DNA of 64,000 bases from the human T2T-CHM13v2.0 reference genome, Homo sapiens. The stretch lies in assembly GCF_009914755.1 (NCBI RefSeq), contig NC_060928.1; one strand, given 5' to 3'. Of this stretch, positions 1 through 13,932 are shown in pieces. How positions within the stretch are numbered: position 1 is the first letter of the stretch; every line of letters starts with the position of its first letter. Under the pieces are notes generated by a model. That model was given only the letters and a program-made list of their open reading frames with translations, made no database searches and was not told the DNA's origin. The position numbers were made by a program, and so were the translations under genes.

Positions 1-298
1 TGTCCTTAGGCAATTTCCTGGTTGTATGAACATCACAGAGTGTACTTACCTTGATGATGCAGCTATTGCACACCTAGGCTATATGGTAGGATCTGCTGCT
101 CCTGGGCTACAAACCTGCACGCATGTGACTGTACTGAATACTATAAGCAATTGTAACGCAATGATAAGGGTTTGTGTGTCTAAATATATCTAAACATAGA
201 AAAAGTACAGTAAAAATGGGTTGTTACAATCTTGTAGGACCATGGTCTTTATACGTGGTCTGTCATTGACCAAAACATTCTCATGCAGCACACGACTG
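1..298 (-). mobile_element. Tigger3a-like TcMar DNA transposon (cut by window edge)
   Basis: Resembles recalled Tigger3a consensus in reverse (cacctaggctatatggt, ctacaaacctg, gtactgaatact, aaacatagaaaaagtacagtaaaaat); ends in TIR ...gactg followed by TA. Confidence 0.8.
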
Positions 299-684
299 TA
301 TGTAACTAAGTTATAGTCTTTAGCTGATTTCGATATTTCTGAAAAAATAAAAGTTCATATTATCTTACAGGTCCTTGTTAACGTTGCTACCTTCCTCTTC
401 CAGCTTAGTAGAATCTGACATGGTTCCTTCTTGAAAGTCACTTGAGAAATCTCACTTGTTCAGGGGCTCTTATATGGTAGTATAATCAATTGGCTTTCTG
501 TTATTGTCATTTTGATAGTAAAAGCATTAATTATTTCATGACTGAAGCCATGTTACTATATTAAGAACATTGTTATATATATGGCAATGATTAAACAAAT
601 AATTATGGAATGGTTTAAAAATGTGTGTGAAAATAAGACTGCACCAGGGTCCATCCATTTGCATTTCTTTACAAGAAGACCCTA

Positions 685-841
685 TTTTCTTTTTTGTTGT
701 TGTTTTTTTAGGTAATTTTTTTAGTGACAGGGTTTCACTGTCGCCCAGGCTGAAGTGCAGCAGTGACTGCAGTGTAGGTTGAACACAACAGCCTCAACCT
801 CCTGGGCTCCAGGGATTCTCCCACCTCAGCCTTCTGAGCAG
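685..841 (-). mobile_element. Old Alu right-arm fragment (AluJ/FRAM-like)
   Basis: T-rich tail, then tcgcccaggctgaagtgcag...cctcctgggctc...cccacctcagcc. Confidence 0.75.
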
Positions 842-1488
842 TCACCCCATTTTCTGACTGCCATCTTCTTTGACTACTGCCATGCTAAGGAAGTAACCCC
901 TCTCCTCAGAGAACAATCGTTTTGTCCCAGCTCTACCACCCTGAGTTCAAGCCTCCTTTACCTCTAGATGTAATTTTGATGTGTGATGGGAGAATAGGGC
1001 AGGTAAACTTACTCGTTTAGACCAAAAACATCTTCAAACGTCTATTTATAAGTTTAGTTTTGAGTTTCCCTTTCTCCCACTGGACAGCCTATCAGAACCC
1101 AACAATTCAACAATAATGCATTTTCTGGAGTACAGATTATTCAATGTTGCATAACATTCTTTATGAGGATGTCACACAGTAGGTCAGGGAACCTAAATTT
1201 CTTATCTGGAAACTTTAAGTTTCTACCTCAGCATAAGGTAAAGACATGTCCCCCACCTTTCAGTCAATACTCAAAAACTGATATTCCTGATCTCACAGCA
1301 GCAAATGTCTGGGAAACAGGATACACACAGATATACACTTATCTTATGAGAACAAGCACATTTTTTTAGAATCATTAGATTTACAATTTTTACTGTGTAT
1401 TTAAGAATATTTTAATTTCTTAATGTCGTAAAGCAAGTGATCCCATTTTTGCTTTAACTTTGCATAACCAAAGGGCCCAATATAATTT

Positions 1489-1892
1489 TATACACACACA
1501 CATACACATATGTATACATATGTAAAATATATATGTATATATGTATATGCATATACATATACATATATACATATATACATACATATATGTATATAATATA
1601 TACATGTACATATGTGCATTTGTATATAATACATACATATATGCATATCTACATATACATATATAATATATACACACATATACACATGTGTATGCATTTT
1701 ACATATGAATATATGTATATACATGCATATACATTCATATACGTATATGTATTTATATATACATACATATATGCATACATATAAACATGCATATATATAC
1801 ACAAATAAAAAAATATAAATAAAATAGCTATAAAATACACATATAATACATATTACATGTATTCTTTTACATATATATAATTCTATATATAT
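1489..1892. repeat. Degenerate (TA)n/(CATA)n/(TATG)n microsatellite
   Basis: Directly visible alternating purine-pyrimidine tract of ~400 bp. Confidence 0.95.
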
Positions 1893-2109
1893 AAAAGTTT
1901 CCTCTCAAAGAAGAATTTAAGTCTGCCCTAAGGAAAAGCTGGGTGGTATGGGAAGGGAGGGAGAAATGAAACTTTTCTCAACATTTCTCTGATTTCTGTC
2001 TTAACTCCTTGAGTGCTTATTATCTCTTTATCATTCGTTTAGTCATTGTGGTGTTTACCTGTGAATGTATCTGTATTGTTATTTAAGCATTTTGTATTTC
2101 GTTTTGGAA

Positions 2110-2360
2110 AGGTAGCAAAAACAAAGAGTTAGCGTTTGCGGTCATATGTACTTAACTTCAAATCCCAAAGTAGCTAACGATTATCTGGAAAACATGAGGC
2201 AAAAATACCTACTTTCATTCCTGCAGTTTATCATGTACTAAGGGGATGAGCAGCATCTACTTCTTACGACTGATGTGAATTAAAAGCAAGGTACATAAAT
2301 CACACAGCCAATGCCTGGTAAATAGTGGCATTTAGTAAATGGTGACTATAGTAGTTATTG
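2110..2360 (+). mobile_element. MIR relic
   Basis: ttcaaatccc, cagtttatcat..taagggga, cacacagccaatgcctggtaaatagtggcatttagtaaatgg resemble the MIR core and 3' end. Confidence 0.55.
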
Positions 2361-2514
2361 GGGATGTTATTATGATTACCATATTTCTCATTATGCAAAT
2401 AATTCTCTTTGAGGACTAAGCTTGTCTTATATTTAGTTTATGTCCTCTACAACACTGTAATACTACCAGCCACGTGCTAAGACATGAATGAATACATGAA
2501 TAAAATATTTTCAG

Positions 2515-2541
2515 AAATTCTTCATAAATCTACGTTAGCAG
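2515..2541 (+). other. Candidate 27-nt microexon
   Basis: ttttcag|...cag|gtgagt; length is a multiple of 3; open in phase 1; weak pyrimidine tract. Confidence 0.15.
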
Positions 2542-3231
2542 GTGAGTAACTGCAAGGTGAATATCTCATTTTATTGTAAGTGATTTTTCAATACCGGTCA
2601 TCATTAGGATCAGGTCCCCCTGGGGCCTCTCACTACTGACCATGGCCCCTCTAGCTAGTGGCACTTTTAAGAGTCTTTTGCTTTATGATATTGTTATATC
2701 TTCCTGGGAAATTTGATATGCCAGAATTTCTAAAGTAGTCATCACTTATTTAGGTTATTTCATACCCAGTTTTGATTACACAATAACTCCTAATGTACTT
2801 AATAGTTTTATGTACCCAGATAATGAGAGCAGTGTATTCATTATGATTTCTGGGGAATAGTTTCATTAGAGAATTGAGAAATTATTGCTTTTACCCAGTC
2901 ACTGCTCTACCAAAAATAATTGCATTTCTCCACTTATCTTCACATCTCCATGAAGTTTTCTATTATGTTTTAAAGTGAATGAAATGTGGCATCACACCAA
3001 GATATTCATCATGGTGTTCTTAATTGCCAGCCATCTGGAAATAGTTCAGATTTTACACCTGCTTGCCTATAGTTTTGAAAATGTCTGTAAAAAGTTATTT
3101 TGGAAAATGTGGCAAAGACACACTTTCACACTTGTGCATCCAGTTTTAGGCCCCTCTACAATTATTTGATCTATGAAGAAAGCACACTATCAGGATTTTA
3201 GAGACCTGCAGTGTTATGTGAACGTGAACAT

Positions 3232-3960
3232 GTGTGGCTGGCCAAGTTCCCCAGAAAGCAAACACTGAGCCAGAGATTAGTGGGTAGGAAGCCTCGTCTA
3301 GTCCTTCCCTCATGGGGGAAGGCAAGGAAGCAGGACTGGACAGAGAAATAAATTAGGCAGTGATGCAGTTAAAGAAAAGCCTCACCTGATGTCAAGTCCC
3401 TTCAAAGTTGGGATGGACCTTCAAAGTTGTCTTAAATTGGGGTCATGAGGGGTTAGGCCTCTATACTTCCTCACTGGCCAGTCATTAGATGTAGTTGTCC
3501 CTGGAACAGAGATGTGTCCTGGACTATGGCAGCTCTCTTCACCTGAGAGCAATTTTATGAGAAGGCTGATGGGTCAAATGCATTATACTGGCCAGGTGCG
3601 GTGGCTCATGCCTGTAATTCCAGCAATTGGGAGGTCGAGGCGGGAGGATCATTTGAGCCCAGGAGTTTGAGATCAGCCTGGGCAACACAGTGAGACCTCC
3701 ATCTCTATAAAAATGAAAAAATTAGCTGGCCGTGGTGGCACACACCTGTAGTCCTAGCTCCTCGAGAGGCTGCCCAGGAGGTTGAGGCTACAGTGAGCTG
3801 TAGTAATGACACCACACTCCAGCATGAGTGACAGAGAAAGAGCTTACCTAAAAAACAAAGAAACAAAAAAAAAACAAAAACAAAGGCATCATACCCAATA
3901 GCTGGGGGATTAAGTCCTTCCATCCTGAGCAGGAATCCAGATGGTACAGCATTCCCTACA
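3232..3960 (-). mobile_element. LTR16-family (ERVL) solo LTR interrupted by an Alu
   Basis: gttccccagaaagcaaacactgag; ggaagcaggactggacagag...tgatgcagt; resumes after the Alu with agctggggga..agtccttc...ccctaca. Confidence 0.65.
3590..3884 (+). mobile_element. AluJ (right arm internally deleted)
   Basis: ggccaggtgcggtggctcatgcctgtaa; AluJ-type gaggatcatttgagcccaggag; A tail; degenerate TSD aaatgcattatac/aaaggcatcatac. Confidence 0.93.
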
Positions 3961-6900
3961 ATACTACTTAGTCTAGATTCCACAAGGTGTGTGGATACAT
4001 GGGATGCAGCTTTAAACATCCTGATTAATCTGTCTACAGTTAGTAAAAAGAAGAAAGACATTTTGAAGCTTTTCTATACTGTTGATCATCTGATCACTTA
4101 GTGAAGCTTTTAGGACTCTTTTAGAAAAGAATATTTTAACTACAAAAATCATATTCAGGTTCTTTACATATTATTGGATGATCTCTAATTCCTTTTCTCA
4201 AATCATTCAGGTTTCGGTCACTCGTAAATTTGATTAGACAACATTTCAGTGTTTAAATAGAGTACTTCGCTGAATATTTAATGGATTCAATATTGATTTT
4301 CGAGGAGAAGCATCAGCTCTTTTTTCTGGTACTTCTGCAGCTTATTTCTGTGACCAGAAGATTAGTAAGGTTTTAAATTTTCATATTTTAAGACCTATTT
4401 CGTCTCCTATATCAATTGTCTGTCAGTAAACAGCATGTACTTTCTAGTTCTCTCAAAATTGTGTTCTCTGTTATGTATCTATTGCTATGAAGCAAACAAG
4501 AGTATTGCTGGTTTCAAAGGAAATCAAGTTTACTAAATTTTGGACAAATTTCATCCACATTAATCAGCTTAGAAGATTTAGGAATTTTTTTAATAACTGT
4601 CAAACTAGGGTTCAGCTGGAAAGAGTGAGGTGTTTAGAAGACATTGCTGACTCCTCATGGTTACAGGGCAAGGGAACGCTGTTGGCATTCGTTCATTGCC
4701 TCTTGTGGCATTGCAGAACAAGTCAAGGCAGTGAATGAAAATAAATATACTAAGTAAGAACAGGAGGCATGGGGATCTTTTACATTAATGTAAGTTGTTT
4801 TAAAGAAACCATTTGGTAAAATAGACTAATAAAACCTAATTTGTATAATAAAATATACATGGAAAAGAAAAATAGGACTCTTTCTTGAATATTCTTCAGT
4901 TGTTTCAGAACTATCCTCTTTTAAATGAAACAAAATTATTTCCCTTTCATCACAGCCTAAAAGGCTTTAAAATTATAAAGAATATTGCAGCTGACTGAAT
5001 CGTTATCCTAATGGGATATTCATCAAAAGTCTATGATGATTCACAGTGAGAGGCTTTTATAACTGAAATCCAAATGTTATGTACAATGGCAATCTGAATG
5101 CATGTGTTCTTTTCTCCAGAATTGGCTTGAAAACATAGAAGTCTTACTTTGATTAAAAAGAGTGTTACTATGGGCATGAGAAATGATTGGAGTACTCTAA
5201 ATATACTGCATGGTAAGCTGAGTCTGACTCTGATTTGACTGGCACTTGGGATATTCTCATCCTTCCTCCCCACTCGCCAAGTGCAGACTAATCAAATCTA
5301 TGTCCATTTCTGCTCTCTCTTTGTTAACATTTTAAGTTAGAGACTGAAGAAGTAATCCAAGAATCAGCTGGATTTAGCCTTTCAAATCATTTTTAAGTAT
5401 ATTATTTGTAAACACCTGAAGTCACCTGGCATTAATGGCAAGTTACATTTTCTAAAACTTTCTAATGCTTTTTCCCAGATACTCTCCTGACAAGTGCTAC
5501 TGAAAGTAGCTTCCCAAAAGAAATCACAATGTCATTTTTTGACTCTATCCAGGCATAACTGGGTGAACTAAAGTAAAGATTGGACTGTCAAAGCAGTCTC
5601 ACACAAATCAAATATTACCCAATATCAAGCTTATAATTAATTATAATTTCAAGGAAACAATTGGTCAATATGATAAACAGGGAGAGGTCTGGGGCTGCAC
5701 ATTTGAATATTTTATTACTTCTTAGATTCTCCAGAGAATAACAAATTGAGTTGAAATGTTGGAGCACAGCTTAAACCAATTAATTTTATCTTTACTATTT
5801 ATTCTATCTGGCCTAGGACAAAGTTTGCTAAGAAGATGGAATTTTCAGACAAAATTAAAATATGATTTTATTTGTACTTTTAAATTTTCCTCCTCTTTCT
5901 TTTCCCTTTTCTTCGGATACTTGACTGTTGATTGTTCCTTAAGCTTGTAGCATATAAAAAGTCATGCTAATTCATAGATCACCTCTTTTAATATGAACAT
6001 AGCAATGTGTTAATATTCTCTGTGTCACAGATTTCTTTTAATATTAGACATTTTAAATCTTGCTTTAATCTTTTCAGAATATTTCATTGCTAATGTAGCT
6101 TATCTTATGTATATTGTCATAGTCAATGAAAGATCCTGGAGTTCCATAAATATTTGCGGTATAATTCTTGGAGATAAAAAGCCTTGTTCTAATGAAGAGT
6201 TAACAATTGTTTGAAAACTTCCAAGAAAACAAAGTTTCCACTCAGAAGTAAAGTGACAATGAATGACACTACTTTCTTTAAAAAAATATTTCAAATGTAG
6301 ATTTTTATGAACTTAATCACAAAATAAATAGGTGATTCTATCTGTATTTCTCTATATGACATCAGCAGCTAGTTTACTTAGTAGAGGTACTTTTGCAAAC
6401 TTTTAAGTGGTTTTTTTATGTAGTAATAGTTATAAATCAAGTAGTTTATTATCATTTTTCATTTCACCTCTATAATGTTGCTACCAAATCATTAAGTAAA
6501 ATTTTAATAATGTTTGGTGCAAAAAATAATTCAATTCAAATGCAACTTCCTAGGACTCTATTAGCTAAACAGTACCAAAAATAGTAAAATCTCCTTTCAT
6601 CTCATAAAGGAAGATTCTCAGAGGATGTTGTCAGGTTGAATAAGAAGTAGACACTTTTATTTGGCAATTTTTTGAAAATAATTACAGTTTTTAATGTTCC
6701 CAAAACAGAATATTAATCAGTTGTGGATTAAAATGACCAAACCTGAGACCTATGTACAAATATTTCACATCTGTTTGCAGATTCTAATGATGACAATTCA
6801 TAGCATGTTGACTGAAAATGCAGCTTCGGGGACTCTGTACTTAGTCATAAACATGAATTATATCAATCTGGACCGTGTGCCCGGGGAGCCAGTGAAGCAA

Positions 6901-7164
6901 ACAAAACTGAGCAAAGAAATTCCTAAGAAAAGCTAAAGACACTGATATAATTAAAGATGTACCAAATTAACTGGCAAAGCCTTCACTAAAGATTTACATA
7001 ATCTAATTCCATGATGTTAGATAGCTGAACAAAAACATGATGAATTTGGTTGTGAAGATATGACTAAATGATAGTATTGAAATGAATTCTCATATTAACT
7101 CAAATATGTATAGACACACATCCATGGAGTCAGTGCTCAGCTTTCTTGTCTGGAAATCCAGATT

Positions 7165-7470
7165 GTTGTTTTGAGTTTTTTTGAGATAGTCTTGCTCTGT
7201 CACCGAGGCTGGAGTGCAGTGGTACGATCTCTGCTCACTGCACCTCCACCTCCTGGGCTCAAGCACTTCTCCGACCTCAGCCTCTCAAGTAGTGAACTAG
7301 AGGCATGCACCATCACGCCCAGATAATTTTTTTTTCTTTTTTTTTTTTCTGCCTAGATGGGGTTTCACCATGTTGCCCAGGCTGGTTTGGAACTCCTGGG
7401 CTCAAGTGATCTGCCCACCTTGGCCTCTCAAAGTGCTGGAATTTCAGGCACGAGTCATTGCACTCAGTCA
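7165..7470 (-). mobile_element. AluJ
   Basis: Full dimer; TSD tggaaatccagatt at 7151-7164 and 7471-7484. Confidence 0.95.
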
Positions 7471-8149
7471 TGGAAATCCAGATTTCTGATTTCAAGAGCT
7501 ACCTGTTTTACCAACCCCGTTATGACTCTGATTTTGTTCTTCCTCTCTTGTCTCAACCCCAATGTCCATTGTACCTCTGTGACTCTAAGAATTCTCAAAC
7601 TTCTAATGACTGAGTTTCCGTTTTCCCGGGCATGAAGATGTACAGGCTTCCTCCTGGGACTGTGTAAGTGGCTGCAACCTGTTTCAACTATGGACATATT
7701 GTAAGAGACAGGGGCAAAAGTGAAAAGCTTGTTTTTTGCGTTTATACTCATCTGTTTTTGTGTTGATGGTTTCAAGACAGGCAGGAAATACTGATTTGTA
7801 TTGACCAATGATGAGGCCTGTGTCAGCACCCGCTAACATTCAAGGGCTGCGTCAAAAGCCCGCTTTGCCCGTGGGTCATAACCACATGGGCCATAGAGTC
7901 GAGAGGCAGGCATGTTTTATATCTCCACATTTTTCAGGGTAAAATATTACAAATAAATTTCTTAGATTAAAACTGTTATCTATCTTTCCTAAAAGTGAGA
8001 ATACAATGCATGAGCTTTAGGTCAAGAATAGGACATTTTCTTGAAACAAAGAAAATGAAATTCAAGCAGACATTTTTCAAAATTGTGCGAATGATCTCTT
8101 ATTTGCAAAGAGCAAATAAAAGAATTCTAGTACTAACAAAAACATGTAG

Positions 8150-8525
8150 CCCAGCTTCCTCATTGTGTAGGGATGGAAAATGAGGCTCATAAGTGTTACA
8201 TGCTTTTCCCAAGGACCTTCAGTGATTTTTGCCATTTGCCTGGTCTCGAACCTCAACGGAGAGAGTCCAACTTCAGCACATTTGCCATTATGCTATAACG
8301 GCTAGATGAAGTCAGGTCACCTGAATTCAAATACTGGCCCTACCATTTCTAACTAAATAGCCTTAAGCATGTTAACGAATATTTCTGTATCTTGATTTTC
8401 TCACCTGTAAAATGAAGATAGTAGACCATCTACATAGGATGGTTTTGATGATCAAATCAATCAATTCATGTAAAGCACTTACTTTAACACAACAAACACT
8501 CAAAATATTGGCTAATATTATAAAT
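8150..8525. mobile_element. Two adjacent MIR relics in opposite orientation
   Basis: gatggaaaatgaggctcataagtgtta (minus core), then ttcaaatactggccc...ttttctcacctgtaaaatgaagatagta (plus core). Confidence 0.6.
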
Positions 8526-11500
8526 TACAACCACATATATAAATATATAATTGTCCCTAGATGATTACCTATGCACACTTTCTTAGAACACATTTTTTTG
8601 TAGAAATATACTTTATTTGGAAGCCAGAAATAAGGAAACTGTGTAAGACAGTTTGAGAAAATGGAAATCACAATGAATCCACATGCTTGAGTGAAAACTC
8701 TCTTAATCACATGAACTAGAGAAACCCTCTCAGAATAGCACTTATTGTAAGTAGTGCAATATGAATCTGCAAGACAGTTCTTCCAAGGAATGAAACTGAT
8801 GCTGGATCATGGCCAATAAGCAGCATACTTAGTGTGGTGTTTCCCCTTCCAAAGCATGTGTCCTGATGGTAATTGTAATTATTCTATCTGAACAATATAA
8901 CAAGCAGGAAAATGTGTACCACATGTAATATCACACTTAAAAATGTAAGGGGGTTTTTTGGCCTGTGTAACATTTTATGACTTAATTTTGGAAGAATATT
9001 AGAACCCTATTGTGCTACTGCAATGAAAGTGCAATTGTAGGTTTTTGCAAAATATGTACTATGTAAAAATGAGTGAATAAAAGCAATTATCAATTAAATG
9101 GGCAATTCTGTTATTTCAAAATTATATGAGATTATGGACTCATGTAATTGCCTCACTTTTTAGCTAAATTGAGAAATAATTGGGTGTTTATTAGCAATTG
9201 TTGAATGTAAGATATTGAATTATTTTAAACCTGCATAGTATGGGGAAAGGAGTATGATTCATACGCAAAAATATATTGTATTCAATTCCACTGACTTTTA
9301 ATTGTGGTGTCAAGTTATTAAGCAAAAATTTTGAAAAGAGGCATATGTTATTTATGCTACAGCATTCTATCCAGTTAGAATTCTGAGTCATTATATCTTT
9401 CTATCTAAACATCAGTCATTTTCTCTCTTAAAATTTCCTTTTATAATAATTTAGCCAAGTAGATGCATTAGTTCCAGACATTAAGGTTTGTGTCATAATT
9501 TTCATCAAAAGTATTTTATGCACATGTCTTCAATCTGTTCCATTTTTCTACTTATATTCTTCATTGTATAGTCTTCATGCATGATCAATTGTGTTTCTAA
9601 GACACATGGCAAGATTTGTAGCGTTACGTAGGCTATTTGATTTATTAATATTTAGACCAGTGAGACCACCGCTCAGTTCTAACAGCTTGCCTCGGTTTGT
9701 GTGAAAAGTCATGCTTTAAACTCAAATTAACTCTGTAGTTTAATCTGCCACAAAATCACCTCCTGTGAGGTATCAAATAAATGTTTTACACCATGCTGTG
9801 TGTGTGTTTTAAATACATCCTCATGAATCTGTTCAATTTACTATGTTATCTATTTAGTAGAACACTTTCTGAAGTTTTTATTCCATTTTTCAAAGTTTCA
9901 TCTGGGTGTAATCCATTGTCATTGGTATGAATAAGCTGCCTAGACTCAGGGATCTGAGTAAGTTAATAGAGCTCATGAATAGGACATGAACCTGCGATAT
10001 GTTAGAGATGACTCTAGAATGTGGGAACCGGCACGCCGGAAGGAAAGAAGATGTATGTAGAAGTACTCCTAGCACTAAACCCAATGTTTCAGCTTAGCCT
10101 TGTAGCATTATTAGCACAATGGAATCTTTAATATTATCAAGCTCCAACAAAATATTTTAGAGAAATACTCAACCATAAGAAAAGATTCATTGTAACCCAG
10201 GGAAATTGTCACTGTGACCCCCCCCCCCCCAATATCTCTTTTACTGAAGTCCCACAGGAATCATCTTCTAGATCCCTTACAGTCACTGCAGGAGGTCTGG
10301 GTCTTCCTGTCCTGAGGCCTGTGTTGGCTCTGGTGTCACTCTCTGACACACACCCTTCTTTGCTTGGAGGCTTTCTCTTATGTCTTGCTCGTGTTGTACA
10401 TGGATCTGCTGCCTTTTTTGCTCACTCGAGTCTTCCAGGTCTTCCAGACTCCTGTCTTCTCCCTCCACAGCACTACTCTGTATTCCATACACCTCACTTC
10501 CAGAAGGTGAAGGAAGAAAATCCCTCACACACTTTTGCCTGCCCATTCTCTATCAAAAGCCATGGCCCCTAACCCCAAACCAGGTACAATCACAGAGAAG
10601 CACATTGGTATTCCTGAAGAAACAGAAACACCAGGACTCACCCAGGGAGTCCGTGGTGTTCTGTTTTCCCATCTGTGCCAGAAGTTGTTCACCACACTAA
10701 CTGGGGACTCAGTGCAGAAAATTAAACTCTTAAGGCAATAAATAAGAAATTTTAGATAATTATCTAATGGTACTAAGACTAATATCCTAACATTTAGTAT
10801 GCACTCTGATGGAATAATGAAGCAAAATTTAGGAATGAATACAGTTACAATCTATTGAGAAAAACAAGTTGCCACATCTTAGTGGCTATTTTTCTAAGAA
10901 CATCATCTCCCTCCAAAGCTAGAAAGCTGAATCTCACAAGGGCTATTATAGTAAGCAGCCATTGCTTTAGGGCTAAAATAATAATTATTTATTATTTTGT
11001 TCAAGTGTAAATGTTACTTGTCCGCCCAATCCAGGCTTGACGTGGGAGAATATAACCAAAAGGAATGGATACAGGAGGCATGAAAAATTGTAGCCATTTA
11101 TTTAGTCCATCTATAAAATTGTCCTAGTGATGAAAGCATTGAGAACAAGAAAGCAAAGCATAAACATGAGAGCAGGAACCCTTTATGGGACTGAGCCCAG
11201 GCAGGACATCTAAGGACAGGAATTTAGGTCAGTCTAATCAAACTTTTCACTGCCAAAAGCTGACAAAGAATAAATTATCTATAGGTTTTATAAAAGTACA
11301 CTCATTTTATTTCTAAAATTGCCTTTAACAATAGGTTTATTAACATGTGGATCAGTTTGCTTATTTCCATACACTTGCCCAAAATTATAATTTTACTTCC
11401 TTTCAATTTACAGTATTTTATTTTGTGCCAAAGAAAAATCTAGGAGTTACTTGGTTAAGTCTGAATAATCTCCTCAGATACAAGTTTTAAAACATAAATA

Positions 11501-11622
11501 TAGCTTTTAATCTTCTCCTAAATTTCCAAACTCTTTGTAGAACAATAAAAGTGTGATATATGGCCCAACTAGCTTACAAACATTGCCACATGCCATTTTT
11601 GAAGCACAGTTCTCAATGTTAT

Positions 11623-11933
11623 TATTTTTTTTTATTTTTATTTTTTGAGATGGAATCTTGCTCTGTCGCCCAGGCTGGAGCGCAGTGATGCAGCCTCAGC
11701 TCACTACAACCTCTGCCTCCTGGGTTTCAGCAATTCTCCTGCCTCAGCCTCCCAAGTAGCTGGGATTAAGGCATGGGCCACCATGCCTGGCTAATTTTCA
11801 TATTTTTAGTAGATACAGGGTTGAGGTTTAGCCATGTTGGCCAGACTGGTGTCAAACTCCTGAAGTCAGGTGATCCACCCGCCTTGGCCCCCCAAAGTTC
11901 TGGGATTACAGGTGTGAGCTTCTGTGCCCTGCC
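11623..11933 (-). mobile_element. AluS
   Basis: Full dimer; TSD ctcaatgttat at 11612-11622 and 11934-11944. Confidence 0.95.
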
Positions 11934-12492
11934 CTCAATGTTATACTGTTTGTAAAAATAAACAAAACCTGCTCAAATGTTGTCAAACAAAAGTTAAATA
12001 ATGCCAGCTTTAAAAGACAGCTCAAGTAAATCCACATAGTTTTCTCTATTTAAAGTTAAATGTAAATAAATTTAAAATGTTAAAATATTTTCAATATATC
12101 TAAGCCCACATAAAAAGATTAGTAAAATGGTTATGTATTGTCTTACGATAAAATTTAAAGAGTAGTATGTATTTTCCCCAAACATAAAAATTTCAACTTA
12201 CCACAATAGCAGACACATTCAGTTTTTCTGTAGACATTCATTTATCACATTAACTTATATTGATTGACAACCGTTATATGGCATATGTCGTATCTTTTGT
12301 ATTTCATTGTAATTTGTCATTAAAACTTTATTTTAACCTTTACCTCTAATTAAATATATTTAGGGCAGACTAAAATACTTGCTAATTATACTCAAATGAA
12401 AATACATTTACAAGAGGAGTGAAAAAATTAACATAAATGTGGAAAATAGCAGGGAATAAAATAAATAATAGTAGTAATAATAATAATGGACA

Positions 12493-12815
<323 letters not shown>

Positions 12816-13479
12816 TTAATGATACATTTCCCAGAACATACTAATATGAGAGTGACTTTTAGAAAGAAATGTAGGTGGATAAATTAATATGTAATTAAAG
12901 TGAAAAGCAGAGATATGTAACACAAACATACTTCATAGACCTAGAATTTTGAAGAGTAACTCGTGCTGTAAAGAAGGAAGTTAAGTTTCATCCTGTGAAA
13001 CCTCTTTCAATTTAACAGGCTATGACTCTCAACCTCAATTTTAGTCAATATTGGATTATATCTGTGTGAGAACCTCTTAGTAACCAGATGCCATGGGATC
13101 TAGAGAGGTGAGCTGGCACCTCCTCTAAGTGCCTGTCAGCTCCCCCTTCCTTTATCTCTTGTTGGTATGTCTCACTTCTGGGCCAACACTGAGGAAGGGA
13201 TAGTGAGCATCCTGCTGCAGAGAGTATGGAAAGAGGAGAGGAAACAGGGAGGGAAGAGAAAATGAAAGAAATGAAATAGAAATACAATGTCTGGCACCAC
13301 CGTTGGACTGTATACTGGCCGGCAGTCTAGATGATGCAGAGACCTCTGGAAAGATCCAAGGACCCTCAACTTAATTTTGTTTTCTACCATTAACTAGTTT
13401 TGAAATACTCAACACTCGCAAAATGTTTTTTGTTCTATTCCATATTTCACTTTAATTTCACTCAAAGCTTCCCCGGAGC

Positions 13480-13932
13480 TGATCTGTCAGGCCTTTGGGA
13501 GTGTCAACCTGTATTTGCAGAGCTTGGCATTTGGCTGAAGACTCTTCTAAGGGGCTCCTGTGCAGAGTTCTGGAAGCCCCTCTTTGTACAGCTCATTTCC
13601 CTCTAGTTTCACTCATTTCACTCTGCCCCAACAAGTTCCATCAGCACCTCAGCATCCCCCAATCCTGATTTTATCTTCAGCTCAGTGAGACTGAGATCTC
13701 TGTGCTGTTGGGCTCACTTGCCTGAAATGCAACCTAGAAAGTGCCTTCAGACAGAAAGCCCAAGCAATAGTGGAGTTCATGCCAGTTTTTCCTTCCTTTG
13801 GGGATGAAAATCCTGTGCTGCCTGCCTGCTCTCCAAAATAAATACAGTTGCATCATGTATTATGTCCAGGTTTATAATTGGTTTTGGCAGAAATGCTTGT
13901 CCTGCTCCAGTTACCCCATCATGGCTGGAAGC
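13480..13932 (-). mobile_element. Ancient L1M-type 5' region fragment
   Basis: gaaagtgccttcagacagaaagc, cctgtgctgcctg, ccagttaccccatcatggctggaagc resemble recalled L1ME/L1M 5' ends. Confidence 0.45.

Noticed and set aside
1420-1840. Overlapping Y/I/M/C-rich ORFs, and many UGUAHAUA Pumilio-like motifs
   Set aside because: By-products of a common (TA/CA)n microsatellite; no evidence of an exon
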